DNA from: an uncultured Clostridium sp.
GTDB taxonomy: Bacteria > Bacillota > Clostridia > TANB77 > CAG-508
Length of the DNA: 64,000 bases
Assembly: GCA_946497775.1 (NCBI GenBank)
Contig: CAMMLS010000001.1
Span: 160,280 to 224,279, forward strand
Reading direction: 5' to 3'
Shown here: positions 28,682-39,317 of the stretch, piece by piece
Position numbering within the stretch: the stretch's first letter is position 1
How the letters are laid out: each line of letters begins with the position of its first letter
The notes under the pieces: generated by a model
What the model saw: the letters and a program-made list of their open reading frames with translations, nothing else
Database searches by the model: none
What the model was told of the DNA's origin: nothing
Translations under genes and position numbers: made by a program

Positions 28682-30808
28682 ATGGGAAAAATAGTTTTAT
28701 TAGATGAACTTACTATAAATCAAATTGCGGCAGGAGAGGTTATTGAAAGACCAGCGTCTGTTGTTAAGGAACTTGTAGAAAATTCTATTGATGCAGGTGC
28801 TACTAATATTTGTATTGATGTTAAAAATGGCGGTATTTCTAGTATTCGAGTTAGTGATAATGGAAAAGGAATTTCTCCTGATGATATGGAAATTGCTTTT
28901 GAAAGACATGCTACTAGTAAAATTAGAAGTGCAGATGATTTAGCCACTGTTAAGTCTATGGGATTTAGAGGCGAGGCTTTGGCCAGTATCGCATCTATTG
29001 CTAATGTAGAAATGGTTTCTAAAACTGCTGATGATGAATATGGGCATAAGATTGTTGTTGAGGCTGGAAATGTACTTGAAAAGGATGTAGTTGGTGCAGG
29101 AGTTGGCACTACTATTACTGTTAAAAATTTGTTTTTTAACACTCCGGTTAGATACAAATTTCTAAAAAAAGATTATACAGAGTCTGGATATATTGAAGAT
29201 GCAGTTACAAGACTTGCTTTAATTAATCCGAATATAGCATTTAAACTTACCAATAATGATAAAACAATCATTCAAACTATTGGAGATGGAAATGTTAAAA
29301 ATTGTGTGTATGGAATTTTTGGAAAAGACATTGCAAATGGAATTATAGATGTAAATTATGAGTTTGAAAATATTAAAATTTCAGGAGTTATAGGTAAAGC
29401 TGAAATTGCTAGAAATAATAGAACTAATCAAATGTTCTTTGTTAATAAAAGATATGTAAAAGATAAAACATTGTCAGCTTCTATCGAACAAGCTTACAAA
29501 GGAATGCTAACTGTTGGAAAACATGCTTTTTGTATTATTAATATAGAAATAGACCCAAATGAAGTTGATGTGAATGTTCATCCTGCTAAATTAGAGGTGA
29601 GATTTAAAGAAGAAAATAAAGTGTTTAAAGCAATTTATCATGCTGTTAAAGAAGCTTTATTAAGTTCAGATTTAGTTGTTCATTCAGAAAATACAGAAGA
29701 AAGTTTAGATAAACAAAATGTAAATGAACAATTAAATAATACTGAAAATAAGGCAGAAGAAAATAATAGAAATAGATTAGCAAGTTTGTTTAAGAGAAAA
29801 CCACAAAATTTAAATTGGGAAAAGGAAGAAGTAAGCGAAAGAATAAATCTAGTAGAAGCTTTGTATAACCAAAAAAAGGAAGCTGAAAAGAATAAAAATA
29901 ATGAAAACCAAGAAGAAAAAATAGAAAATTCAGAAACTAAAATTGAAATAAATGAACCTGAAATAACAAAGCAACAATTAGAAACAAAAGAACAAGTAAA
30001 ACAAGAAGAAAAGCTTCCAAGTATAGAAGAGCTAAATTTAAAATTTGAAGAAATGTATGAAAAAACATTTGGAAAGAAAATAAAAGAAGTTAATGAAGAA
30101 GAAGAAAATTATAATATAGAAGAACCAGCAAAAGAGGTAGACCAAGAAGTAGCAGCAACTGTTGTAGAAGAAAATCAGCAAGAACAAACTAATTTATCTA
30201 TATTTGAGAATAAAAATACATATGTAGAACCAATTAAATATAAATTTATAGGTATTGCATTTTCAACATATATTATTCTAGAAATAGACAATGAACTATA
30301 TATATTAGATCAACATGCAGCACATGAAAGAATAATGTATGAAAAAATTAAAAAGAATTTTTATAATAATGAAGCAAAAGATTCTCAGTTAATGTTATTA
30401 CCAGATATAATAACATTAACACATAAAGAAATGGATATTGCTAGGGCAAATTATAAAATGTTTGAGCAAGCAGGTTTTACACTAGAAGAGTTTGGGGATA
30501 ATACAATTAAATTAACAGGTGTTCCAAACATCTGTATAGATTTAGACACAAAAGAGTTATTCTTAAATATATTAGATGAAATAGATACAGTAGCAGTAAC
30601 CGCAAGACAAGAAATAGAAGAAAAATTTATAGCAACAGTGGCATGTAAAGCGGCAGTAAAGGCTAATATGGCATTAGATTATCAAGAAGTAGAAGCCCTA
30701 ATGGATGATTTGTTAAAATTACCAAATCCTTTTACATGTCCACATGGAAGACCAACAGCAATAAGAATGAGCAAAACAGATATTGAAAAGAAATTTAGTA
30801 GGAGATAA
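28682..30808 (+). CDS. mutL: DNA mismatch repair protein MutL
   Basis: GGAGG RBS before ATG 28682. Motifs NQIAAGEVIERPASVVKELVENSIDAG, DNGKGI, GFRGEALASI and the C-terminal FTCPHGRP. Confidence 0.93.
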   Translation: MGKIVLLDELTINQIAAGEVIERPASVVKELVENSIDAGATNICIDVKNGGISSIRVSDNGKGISPDDMEIAFERHATSKIRSADDLATVKSMGFRGEALASIASIANVEMVSKTADDEYGHKIVVEAGNVLEKDVVGAGVGTTITVKNLFFNTPVRYKFLKKDYTESGYIEDAVTRLALINPNIAFKLTNNDKTIIQTIGDGNVKNCVYGIFGKDIANGIIDVNYEFENIKISGVIGKAEIARNNRTNQMFFVNKRYVKDKTLSASIEQAYKGMLTVGKHAFCIINIEIDPNEVDVNVHPAKLEVRFKEENKVFKAIYHAVKEALLSSDLVVHSENTEESLDKQNVNEQLNNTENKAEENNRNRLASLFKRKPQNLNWEKEEVSERINLVEALYNQKKEAEKNKNNENQEEKIENSETKIEINEPEITKQQLETKEQVKQEEKLPSIEELNLKFEEMYEKTFGKKIKEVNEEEENYNIEEPAKEVDQEVAATVVEENQQEQTNLSIFENKNTYVEPIKYKFIGIAFSTYIILEIDNELYILDQHAAHERIMYEKIKKNFYNNEAKDSQLMLLPDIITLTHKEMDIARANYKMFEQAGFTLEEFGDNTIKLTGVPNICIDLDTKELFLNILDEIDTVAVTARQEIEEKFIATVACKAAVKANMALDYQEVEALMDDLLKLPNPFTCPHGRPTAIRMSKTDIEKKFSRR

Positions 30809-30809
30809 T

Positions 30810-31760
30810 ATGGAAAAACCAAAAGTTATTGTAATAGTGGGACCAACTGCTTCTGGGAAAACAAGTTTAGCTATTGAACTTGCAAAAAAAATAAATGGTG
30901 AAATTGTTTCATGTGATTCTATGCAAATTTATAAATATATGGACATAGGAACAGCAAAACCTACTAATAAAGAACAAGAAGAAATTAAACATTATTTAAT
31001 CAATATAGTTTCACCAGACGAAAGATTTAGCGTTCAAGATTATCAAATACAAGCAGAAGAAGCAATTAATGAAATTTTAAAAAAAGGGAAAGTGCCAATT
31101 GTTGTTGGTGGGACAGGCTTATATGTAAATTCACTAATTTATGGAATAAAGTTACTAGATATTACATTTGATGAAAAGTACAGAAAAGAATTAGAAGAAA
31201 GAGTAATAAAAGAAGGACTAGAAACTTTATACAAAGAAGCCCAGGAAATAGACCCAAAAGCAATGGAAACTATAAGCAAAAATGATAAAAAAAGAATTTT
31301 AAGAGTGCTTGAAATTTTTCATCAAACTGGTATTACAAAATCAAAACAAGATGAACTATCTAGAAGTCAAGAAGTGAAATATAATTTTAAAGTGTTTGGA
31401 ATTAATATAGAAAGAGAACTTCTGTATTCAAGAATAAATGATAGAGTAGATGAGATGATTGATAATGGACTGGTAGAAGAAGTAACAAACATTTATAAAA
31501 AGTTTAAAAAATTTCCTACAGCTATGCAAGCTATTGGGTACAAAGAAGTTGTTATGTATTTAAACAAAAATATCACAAAAGAAGAAATGATAGAAAAAAT
31601 AAAAATGGAAACTCGTAGATATGCCAAAAGACAGCTTACTTGGTTTAGAAAAAATAAAGAAATTATTTGGCTAAATGGACTAGAAAACAAGCAAAATAAT
31701 ATTAAAATTATTTTGGAGGAGTATAGTGGAAAAGAAAAACAAGAAGGTAAAGAAGAGTAG
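30810..31760 (+). CDS. miaA: tRNA dimethylallyltransferase
   Basis: Motifs IVGPTASGKT, DSMQIYKYMDIGTAKP, GGTGLY and AKRQLTWFR. Confidence 0.92.
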   Translation: MEKPKVIVIVGPTASGKTSLAIELAKKINGEIVSCDSMQIYKYMDIGTAKPTNKEQEEIKHYLINIVSPDERFSVQDYQIQAEEAINEILKKGKVPIVVGGTGLYVNSLIYGIKLLDITFDEKYRKELEERVIKEGLETLYKEAQEIDPKAMETISKNDKKRILRVLEIFHQTGITKSKQDELSRSQEVKYNFKVFGINIERELLYSRINDRVDEMIDNGLVEEVTNIYKKFKKFPTAMQAIGYKEVVMYLNKNITKEEMIEKIKMETRRYAKRQLTWFRKNKEIIWLNGLENKQNNIKIILEEYSGKEKQEGKEE

Positions 31761-32982
31761 TAAATCTAATAAAATTTTAGCAATTGTTATAATAATTACA
31801 ATAGTTGCAGCTATTTTATTATATATTGCTAATTCAATGTATAGCTGGTTTAAACAGCCAACAGATATATTTTTAGTTGAAAATGGAGAAGTAATACAAG
31901 AAGAAACCACAACAGGATATATTATTAGAGAAGAAGTTGTCCTACAAGGAGAAAACTACAAAAATGGTATATTGCAAATTAAAACAGAAGGTCAAAGGGT
32001 ATCTAATGGAGATCCAATATTTAGATATTATAGTGAATCTGAGGAAACAATAAAAAATGAAATCTCACAAATAGATTCACAAATACAAAATATTATTGAT
32101 AACAATACCAGCGTGTACTCTAGTGATATAAAATTAATGGAAACCCAAATAAAAGAACAAGTAGATGAATTATATAAAAATAATAACTTACAAGAAAATA
32201 AGGAATATAAACAAGAAATAGATGCAAATATGACAAAAAAAGCAAGAGCAATAGGAGAACTTAGCCCAGCAGATAGTGAAATAAGAAATCTAATTAATAG
32301 AAGAGATGAAGTAGAAAATAGTTTAAAAAACAATTCAGAATATATACAAGCTCCTTTAAGTGGTATTGTTTCATACAGAGTAGACGGATTAGAAGATGTG
32401 CTTAAAACTGACGATTTTTCGTATTTAAACAAAGAATTTCTAGAAAATTTAGATCTTAAAACCGGTCAGGTTATAGGGACCAGTGAAGAAAAAGGAAAAA
32501 TAATAAATAATTTTGTATGCTATATAGTGACAACATTAAAATCTGATCAAGCAAAAAATGCTAGGATAGGAGATAAAGTAAAATTAATATTATCAAATTT
32601 AGAGGAAATATCGGCAACTGTATCGTATATTAATGTAGAAGAAGACGATTCAAGAACAATAGTATTCCAAATTACAAACAAAATAGAAGAATTAATAAAA
32701 TACAGGAAAATATCAATAGATATTGTATGGTGGAGTTATGAAGGCTGGAAAGTACCTAATTCTTCAATATTAACAGAAGATGGAAAGACTTATGTAGTAA
32801 GAAATAGAGCTGGATACTTGGACAAGATATTGGTTAAAATATTAAGACAAAATGAAAATTATTCTATACTATCTAGATATTCAACAGAAGAATTGAAAGA
32901 AATGGGATATACATCTAGTGAAATAAATAGTATGCCTAAAATTTCATTATATGATGAAATCTTGATAAGCCCAGAAGGTTAA
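31726..32982 (+). CDS. membrane-anchored coiled-coil protein (HlyD/membrane-fusion-like)
   Basis: GGAGGAG RBS before GTG 31726. N-terminal TM helix, a long coiled-coil middle and a beta-rich C-terminus. Confidence 0.4.
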   Translation: MEKKNKKVKKSSKSNKILAIVIIITIVAAILLYIANSMYSWFKQPTDIFLVENGEVIQEETTTGYIIREEVVLQGENYKNGILQIKTEGQRVSNGDPIFRYYSESEETIKNEISQIDSQIQNIIDNNTSVYSSDIKLMETQIKEQVDELYKNNNLQENKEYKQEIDANMTKKARAIGELSPADSEIRNLINRRDEVENSLKNNSEYIQAPLSGIVSYRVDGLEDVLKTDDFSYLNKEFLENLDLKTGQVIGTSEEKGKIINNFVCYIVTTLKSDQAKNARIGDKVKLILSNLEEISATVSYINVEEDDSRTIVFQITNKIEELIKYRKISIDIVWWSYEGWKVPNSSILTEDGKTYVVRNRAGYLDKILVKILRQNENYSILSRYSTEELKEMGYTSSEINSMPKISLYDEILISPEG

Positions 32983-33109
32983 AATATTACAAACTTATTA
33001 CAGAAATGTTATTTTTACATTACAAACGTAAAAAGTATTGACAAAATTCTCAAAAAGGTGGATACTATATATAATTTAAAAACAAAGGAAAATTGTGGGA
33101 GGTATTCGT

Positions 33110-33598
33110 ATGGCAGGAGCTATAATGAACAAAGTATTAGATTTTTTAGGTGTAGAACCAGATGAAGAAGAGGATTATGATATCCAAGAAGAAAATAACT
33201 ATCCATATGGAATGGAAGAAGAGGAAGAAGAAACATCAGATAAAAAATTCTTTGGAAAAAGAGGAAAAGTTGTGAATATGGCACAAACACAACAAGTAAA
33301 AATGGTCGTGTTCCAAGTAACTTCTTTTGAACAATCAGAGACAATTTGTAATTTATTAAAACAAAAACAATCTGTTATTGTTAGTTTAGAATATGTTAAT
33401 AAAGATGTAGCTAGAAGAGTAGTTGATTTTATTAGTGGAAGTGTGCATGCATTAGATGGACATATTCAAAAAGTTTCAAACGCTATATTTGTAGTTGCAC
33501 CATTTAACTATGAAATATCTAATGAACTTGCAAGAGAAGAAATAAAAAGCAAACTTTCTGTATCATGGCTAAAAAACAACAACAATAATGGATTCTAA
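33110..33598 (+). CDS. sepF: cell division protein SepF
   Basis: GGGAGG RBS before ATG 33110. The C-terminal domain VVFQVTSFEQSETICNLLKQKQSVIVSLEYV...RRVVDFISGSVHALDGHIQKVSNAIFVVAP is present. Confidence 0.85.
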   Translation: MAGAIMNKVLDFLGVEPDEEEDYDIQEENNYPYGMEEEEEETSDKKFFGKRGKVVNMAQTQQVKMVVFQVTSFEQSETICNLLKQKQSVIVSLEYVNKDVARRVVDFISGSVHALDGHIQKVSNAIFVVAPFNYEISNELAREEIKSKLSVSWLKNNNNNGF

Positions 33599-33628
33599 GA
33601 AACATTTTATTAGGAGGCAAGAGTAAGT

Positions 33629-34078
33629 ATGTTAACACCGTTAGATATTGAAAATAAAAAATTTTCAAAGCAAATGATGAATGGGTATAGTGTTGCAGAA
33701 GTAGATGATTTTTTAGATGAATTAACAGCTGACTATGAAAAAATATACAAAGAGAATGCAGATTTAAAAGAAAAATTAGAAACAGCAAATAATAATCTAA
33801 CACAATACAAATCAATAGAAACTACATTGCAAAATACATTAGTAATGGCACAAAGCACTGCTGAAAACATACAAAATGTAGCTAAACAACAAGCAGATCA
33901 ATTAATTAAAGAAGCAGAATCGGAAGCTAAACAATCTGTATTAGAACTTGAACAAGAAGTTGTTTTAAAACAAAAAGAGTTAGAGAATACCAAAAAGCAA
34001 TTTGATATATATAAAGCCAAAATGGAATCGTTATTAATTTCTCAACTAGAATTATTAAAAGATATGAATGCAGAATAA
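33629..34078 (+). CDS. divIVA: DivIVA-family cell division protein
   Basis: MLTPLDIENKKFSK...GYSVAEVDDFLD followed by coiled coil. Confidence 0.88.
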   Translation: MLTPLDIENKKFSKQMMNGYSVAEVDDFLDELTADYEKIYKENADLKEKLETANNNLTQYKSIETTLQNTLVMAQSTAENIQNVAKQQADQLIKEAESEAKQSVLELEQEVVLKQKELENTKKQFDIYKAKMESLLISQLELLKDMNAE

Positions 34079-34105
34079 AGCGGGAATTTACTATCCCGCT
34101 TTTTG
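34078..34105 (+). terminator. rho-independent terminator of divIVA
   Basis: Stem AAAGCGGGA/TCCCGCTTT followed by a T-run. Confidence 0.8.
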
Positions 34106-34243
34106 GCACGTTTATAAACACCTAAAATTATTAAAAAAGTTTGACAAGTGTTACAATAATTTTAAATATATATTACAATTATATTATTACTATTGACATA
34201 TAAAATAATAATTATACAATATATATGTGATTAGAGGTGTAGA

Positions 34244-34789
34244 ATGAGAATAATTAGTGGAAGTGCAAGAGGAACAAAACTTTTTACATTAGAAGGACTT
34301 GACACTAGACCAACATTAGATAGAGTTAAAGAACCTTTATTTAGTATAATAGGATTAAAAATTCAAGATTCAGATGTTTTAGATTTGTTTTCTGGAAGTG
34401 GAGCATTAGGAATTGAAGCATTAAGCAGAGGAGCAAAAAACGTTGTACTATGCGATAATTCTAAAAAAGCGATACAGGTAATAGAAAATAATTTAAAAAA
34501 AACTAGATTACAAGCAGAAATTATAAATGATGATTTTATTAAATGCTTAGAAAAAATGAATGGAAGGCAATTCGACTTAATATTCCTAGACCCTCCATAT
34601 GAAACAAATTATATTATTAGAGCAGTAAATAAAATATTAGAATGTAATCTACTAAGGAAGAATGGTTTAATAATTGCAGAAACCGATAATCAAAAAATAG
34701 TAGAAGATATAGAAAAATTAGATATAACAGTAAGTGATATACGAAAATATGGAAGAGTTATTCTAATATTTTTAAATCGAAAGGGGTAA
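34244..34789 (+). CDS. rsmD: 16S rRNA (guanine966-N2)-methyltransferase RsmD
   Basis: Motifs RIISGSARG, TRPTLDRVKEPLF, DLFSGSGALGIEALSRGA and FLDPPY. Confidence 0.88.
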   Translation: MRIISGSARGTKLFTLEGLDTRPTLDRVKEPLFSIIGLKIQDSDVLDLFSGSGALGIEALSRGAKNVVLCDNSKKAIQVIENNLKKTRLQAEIINDDFIKCLEKMNGRQFDLIFLDPPYETNYIIRAVNKILECNLLRKNGLIIAETDNQKIVEDIEKLDITVSDIRKYGRVILIFLNRKG

Positions 34790-34793
34790 AACC

Positions 34794-35342
34794 ATGGAAA
34801 TTTTCACATTGCTAGAAACATTAGAAGATATTTTAGAAAGAAGCAAAACATTGCCTTTTACAAACAAAGGAATTGTTGAAAAAGATGAATTGCTTGATAT
34901 AATAAAAGAAGTTAGACTTAAATTGCCAGATGAATTAAAACAAGCAAAATGGGTAAAAGAGGAAAGACAAAGAATATTAGAAGAAGCTCAAAAAGAAGCA
35001 GATGATATTGTTAAAGAAGCAGAAAATAGAATAATAGCAATGATTGATGAACATGAAATAACAAAAAAAGCATATGAGCAAAAAACAGAAATAATAGAAC
35101 TTGCAAATGAAATGTCAAGAGAAATTTCAAAAGGAACAAAAGCATATGCAGATAAGATTTTAGAAAATGTAGAAGAAACTTTGCAAAAATCATTGCAAAC
35201 AATGAGATTAACAGTAGAAAATTCATTAAAAACAATGCAAGATGAAGTTGGAGGAGCTTTAACAGGAATAGAAGACAACTTCGAACAAACTGTTGACAGT
35301 GTAATAAAAACAGTTAGAGAAAATAGAAAAGAATTGGAGTAA
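34794..35342 (+). CDS. hypothetical coiled-coil protein (ATPase stalk-subunit-like)
   Basis: AAGGGG RBS. Glu/Lys-rich helical sequence with no recognisable catalytic motif. Confidence 0.4.
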   Translation: MEIFTLLETLEDILERSKTLPFTNKGIVEKDELLDIIKEVRLKLPDELKQAKWVKEERQRILEEAQKEADDIVKEAENRIIAMIDEHEITKKAYEQKTEIIELANEMSREISKGTKAYADKILENVEETLQKSLQTMRLTVENSLKTMQDEVGGALTGIEDNFEQTVDSVIKTVRENRKELE

Positions 35343-35429
35343 GATTATAGGAAAGTCAGAATTTGGAAGTCAGAGAAAGCAATTTTGATTTCCTTTTCTG
35401 GCTTTTTGCTTTAAAAGGAGCGATACCAA

Positions 35430-37709
35430 ATGGCAAAAAGGAAGAAAAAGAAAAATCAAGAACTTAAATCTACAATTTGGGTTGTAGCATTAATTGTAAT
35501 AAGTATTCTTCTTGCAGTATTGATATATTCAGAATCAGGATACATAGGAGAAACACTTAGCCCAATACTAGGTGGGCTTATGGGCTTTATTAAATATATA
35601 TTACCAATAGGGATATTTATAGTCGCAATAAGCATTGCATGTAACAAAAAAGATTATGCAATAACAAAATTAATTGAATATGGAATACTTTTACTTTGCA
35701 TTTCTGTAATATTATGTGTATGGCAAATAAATGCTGGAAACTTAAATATAGATGGAGAATTCTGGGATGGGGTTAAAAATGCATATGAGTTAGGAGAAGA
35801 AAATAAAGGAGGAGGAGCGATTGGCTCTATTGTGGCGATATTGCTTGTAAAACTAATAGGACCAATTGGAACATTAATTTTAAGTGCTGGAATTGCAATT
35901 GTACTTTTAATATTTATACTAGAAATAGATGTAAACGAATGGATTGCAGAGAAAGTAGAAAATATAAAAGAAAATAGAAATGAACATAAACAAGAAAGAA
36001 AGAAACAAAGAAATGTAAAAATACAACCACAAGATGAAAGTATTTTGGAAGATCAAATAACAATAGACATACCAGAATTTAAAAAGAAACAAGATGAAGA
36101 TATTCATATGACATTAAATAAAAAGAAAGAAGAGCCACCAACTGACTATATAGAAGCAAATTTATTTAAACAAGAAAAACAACAAAAAGAAGAAAAAATA
36201 AAAGAAGTACTGACATTAGATCACACAATTACAGTTGAAGATGAACACTATGAATTTCCACCAATAGAATTATTAGAAAAAGGACCAAGAACTTCTAAAA
36301 CAGGTAAAAAATCTGTTACAGAAACAGCATCAAAACTTCAAAAAACATTATATAATTTTGGAGTAAGTGCAAAAGTAGAAAAAGTATCAGTTGGACCTTC
36401 TATAACTAGATATGAATTAAAACCAGCAGAAGGTGTAAGAGTAAGTAAAATTGCAAAATTGGCAGATGACATAGCACTTAATCTAGCAGCAGAATCTATT
36501 AGAATAGAGGCACCAATTCCAGGGAAACAAGCCGTAGGTATTGAAGTGCCAAATAAAGAAAATGAAATGGTACATTTAAGAGATATAATAGATTCAGATA
36601 AATTTGCAAATTCAGAATCAAAATTAACAATGGCATTAGGAAAGGATGTTGCCGGAGCAGAAGTAGTAACAGATATTGCAAAAATGCCACACGTACTAAT
36701 TGCTGGTTCAACTGGTTCAGGAAAGAGTGTTTGTATAAATACATTAATTACAAGTATAATATATAAATCAAAACCAAGTGAAGTAAAAATGGTAATGATA
36801 GACCCAAAAGTAGTTGAATTATCTGTATATAATGGTATACCTCATCTGTTAATACCGGTTGTGACAGACCCTAAAAAAGCGGCAGGTGCATTAGATTGGG
36901 CAGTTCAAGAAATGGTAAAAAGATATAGCTTATTTGCCGAAAAAGGTGTAAGAGACATAAAAGGATATAATGCAGAACTCGAAAAAGAAGAAGGAGGAGA
37001 AAAACTTCCACAAATAATAATAATAATAGACGAACTAGCAGATTTAATGATGGTCGCGGCAAAAGAAGTAGAAGATGCAATTTGCAGATTGGCACAAATG
37101 GCAAGAGCGGCAGGGATGCATTTAGTTATAGCTACACAAAGACCATCAGTAGATGTAATTACTGGAATAATAAAAGCCAATATACCATCTAGAATTGCAT
37201 TTGCTGTTTCATCAGGAGTTGATTCTAGAACAATACTAGACATGGTAGGAGCAGAAAAATTACTTGGAAAAGGAGATATGCTATTTGCTCCAATAGGTGC
37301 CTCAAAACCACAAAGAATACAAGGAGCGTTTATATCAGACAAAGAAATTGAAAAAATAGTAGATTTCTTAAAAGCTAATGGTGAAGTTACATATAATGAA
37401 GACATTTTGGAAAAAATAGAAAATAGCGGTAAATCAGATAAAGAATTAGACAAAGATGATGATGAAGATGAAAGATTAATGGAAGCAATAGAAGAAGTTG
37501 TACAATCTGGGCAAGCATCAACATCGTTTATACAAAAAAGATTAAAAGTAGGCTATTCAAGAGCAGGAAGAATAATAGACCAAATGGAAAAAAGAGGAAT
37601 AGTGTCTGGCTATGCAGGAAGTAAACCTAGACAAGTGTTAATGTCAAAAGAAAGATGGGAAGAACTTAAAACAACCACAGTAGGTGGAAATCAAGAAACA
37701 AACGATTAA
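35430..37709 (+). CDS. ftsK: DNA translocase FtsK/SpoIIIE
   Basis: N-terminal TM helices. Motor motifs HVLIAGSTGSGKS (Walker A) and IIIIDELADLMM (Walker B). C-terminal winged-helix gamma domain (STSFIQKRLKVGYSRAGRIIDQME). Confidence 0.93.
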   Translation: MAKRKKKKNQELKSTIWVVALIVISILLAVLIYSESGYIGETLSPILGGLMGFIKYILPIGIFIVAISIACNKKDYAITKLIEYGILLLCISVILCVWQINAGNLNIDGEFWDGVKNAYELGEENKGGGAIGSIVAILLVKLIGPIGTLILSAGIAIVLLIFILEIDVNEWIAEKVENIKENRNEHKQERKKQRNVKIQPQDESILEDQITIDIPEFKKKQDEDIHMTLNKKKEEPPTDYIEANLFKQEKQQKEEKIKEVLTLDHTITVEDEHYEFPPIELLEKGPRTSKTGKKSVTETASKLQKTLYNFGVSAKVEKVSVGPSITRYELKPAEGVRVSKIAKLADDIALNLAAESIRIEAPIPGKQAVGIEVPNKENEMVHLRDIIDSDKFANSESKLTMALGKDVAGAEVVTDIAKMPHVLIAGSTGSGKSVCINTLITSIIYKSKPSEVKMVMIDPKVVELSVYNGIPHLLIPVVTDPKKAAGALDWAVQEMVKRYSLFAEKGVRDIKGYNAELEKEEGGEKLPQIIIIIDELADLMMVAAKEVEDAICRLAQMARAAGMHLVIATQRPSVDVITGIIKANIPSRIAFAVSSGVDSRTILDMVGAEKLLGKGDMLFAPIGASKPQRIQGAFISDKEIEKIVDFLKANGEVTYNEDILEKIENSGKSDKELDKDDDEDERLMEAIEEVVQSGQASTSFIQKRLKVGYSRAGRIIDQMEKRGIVSGYAGSKPRQVLMSKERWEELKTTTVGGNQETND

Positions 37710-37727
37710 ATAAAAGGAGGTTTTTAT

Positions 37728-39302
37728 ATGACAAAAAAAGACTTTTTTTCTAAACTTAAAAATTATAATAATGAATTAGAACAAATATTAGAGAAAAAGA
37801 CATTTTCAAGTGATATAAAAAACCTTCTTTTAAATATGTTTTATAAAATAGAAGTATCATATAAAGATTACCAAAAAGTAAAAAGAGTTACAAAAGAACA
37901 AAATAATTTAATGGAAGAACTAATAAATATAATAAATAAAAATTGCAATAAAATTGATCTTGTAGAACCAAATTCTCAAAAAGGAATGGTACTTAAAAAA
38001 TATAATCTACATTCAATTTCAGATAGAGCCTATAAAAAAATAATATCATATCCAATTGAATCAGATTTATTATATGCACTTGCCGATATTGAAAAAAAAT
38101 ATTTTTATATAAATGAAGACTATTATATAGAAAAACAAGCATTTGAAAAGATGCTAAGTATGGGATATTGTATAAACATAAAAGAAATTCTAAGAGATTT
38201 TAGTGGATGGTCTTGGCAAGTAGAAGCAAAAGATATAGAAAATATTAATTATAATTTAATATATCAAATGCTAAGAATCTTAGTAGGATATAAATTTTTA
38301 GAAGAATGGAAAACAAATTCTACAAAAGATACAGATTATATAATAAAATTTCAAGAAAAATTAAGTCATTCATATGGAACTCAAAATGCGATAATTCTAT
38401 TTAAAAAATTATATATAGTATTAAGTTTAATATTATTAGAAAAAAATGAAAAATTAAAAAACGAATTATATGAAGAAAGAAAAAAAGCATTAGAAGAAAT
38501 AGAAGTAGTAAAAAATAAAGCACAATACTTAGAAAAAATTACTAGTAATAAAAAAATGATGACAAAACAAATAAAAAATATTGATGAAATGCTAAATGAC
38601 GAAAAGTTATTATTACAAGAGCTAGAAAAAAGGAAACAACAAATGGGTAAAAAAAGTAAACTTTTAAATAATCAATATTTAAGAGCAATGCTTTCACAAG
38701 AAAGAAGAGATTTAATAGAAAAAATTCAAAAATTAACATCTCTTATGAATCCTAAAAACTATGTAACAAATAAAAGAAGAATTGAGGATAGATATGAAAA
38801 AATAAACGAAGTATTAGAAAATTTAGAAAAAAAGGACATAAATACTTGTATAATAGAACTTCAGCAGCAGTTTTTAAAATGTATAGAAGTAAAGGTAAAT
38901 AATACAAATAACAAAAAAGAATTAATAGATTTAATTTACTATATAAGATATTATCTTTACATTCCAGTAGATGTCGAAAAGTCAATAAAAGATTTAGAAA
39001 AATTAAGAATGCAAATAAACAAAATACAAGAAATACTTATAGCTAAATGTGTTAATTTAAAACTTATAAATATAATTAGTTTAGAAAATGAGATAAATAG
39101 TAAGATCGTCAAAAAAATAATTTCTTCTCGTGCAGTAGACATGGAAAATTTAGAATTAGAGATAAAACCAAAGTATAATAAATTAAGAGTAAATGTTTAT
39201 GAGGGTGAAGAACTAGAAAATAGTTTTGAAATCGAAACAGAAGGTGCGGCAGAAAGAGTTAATATAAAAACAGATAAAAGATTTAGATTATTTATAAAAT
39301 AA
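37728..39302 (+). CDS. hypothetical 524-aa Lys/Glu/Asn-rich protein
   Basis: AAAGGAGG RBS. No motif I recognise. Confidence 0.5.
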   Translation: MTKKDFFSKLKNYNNELEQILEKKTFSSDIKNLLLNMFYKIEVSYKDYQKVKRVTKEQNNLMEELINIINKNCNKIDLVEPNSQKGMVLKKYNLHSISDRAYKKIISYPIESDLLYALADIEKKYFYINEDYYIEKQAFEKMLSMGYCINIKEILRDFSGWSWQVEAKDIENINYNLIYQMLRILVGYKFLEEWKTNSTKDTDYIIKFQEKLSHSYGTQNAIILFKKLYIVLSLILLEKNEKLKNELYEERKKALEEIEVVKNKAQYLEKITSNKKMMTKQIKNIDEMLNDEKLLLQELEKRKQQMGKKSKLLNNQYLRAMLSQERRDLIEKIQKLTSLMNPKNYVTNKRRIEDRYEKINEVLENLEKKDINTCIIELQQQFLKCIEVKVNNTNNKKELIDLIYYIRYYLYIPVDVEKSIKDLEKLRMQINKIQEILIAKCVNLKLINIISLENEINSKIVKKIISSRAVDMENLELEIKPKYNKLRVNVYEGEELENSFEIETEGAAERVNIKTDKRFRLFIK

Positions 39303-39317
39303 AAATGGAGGTAGTGT

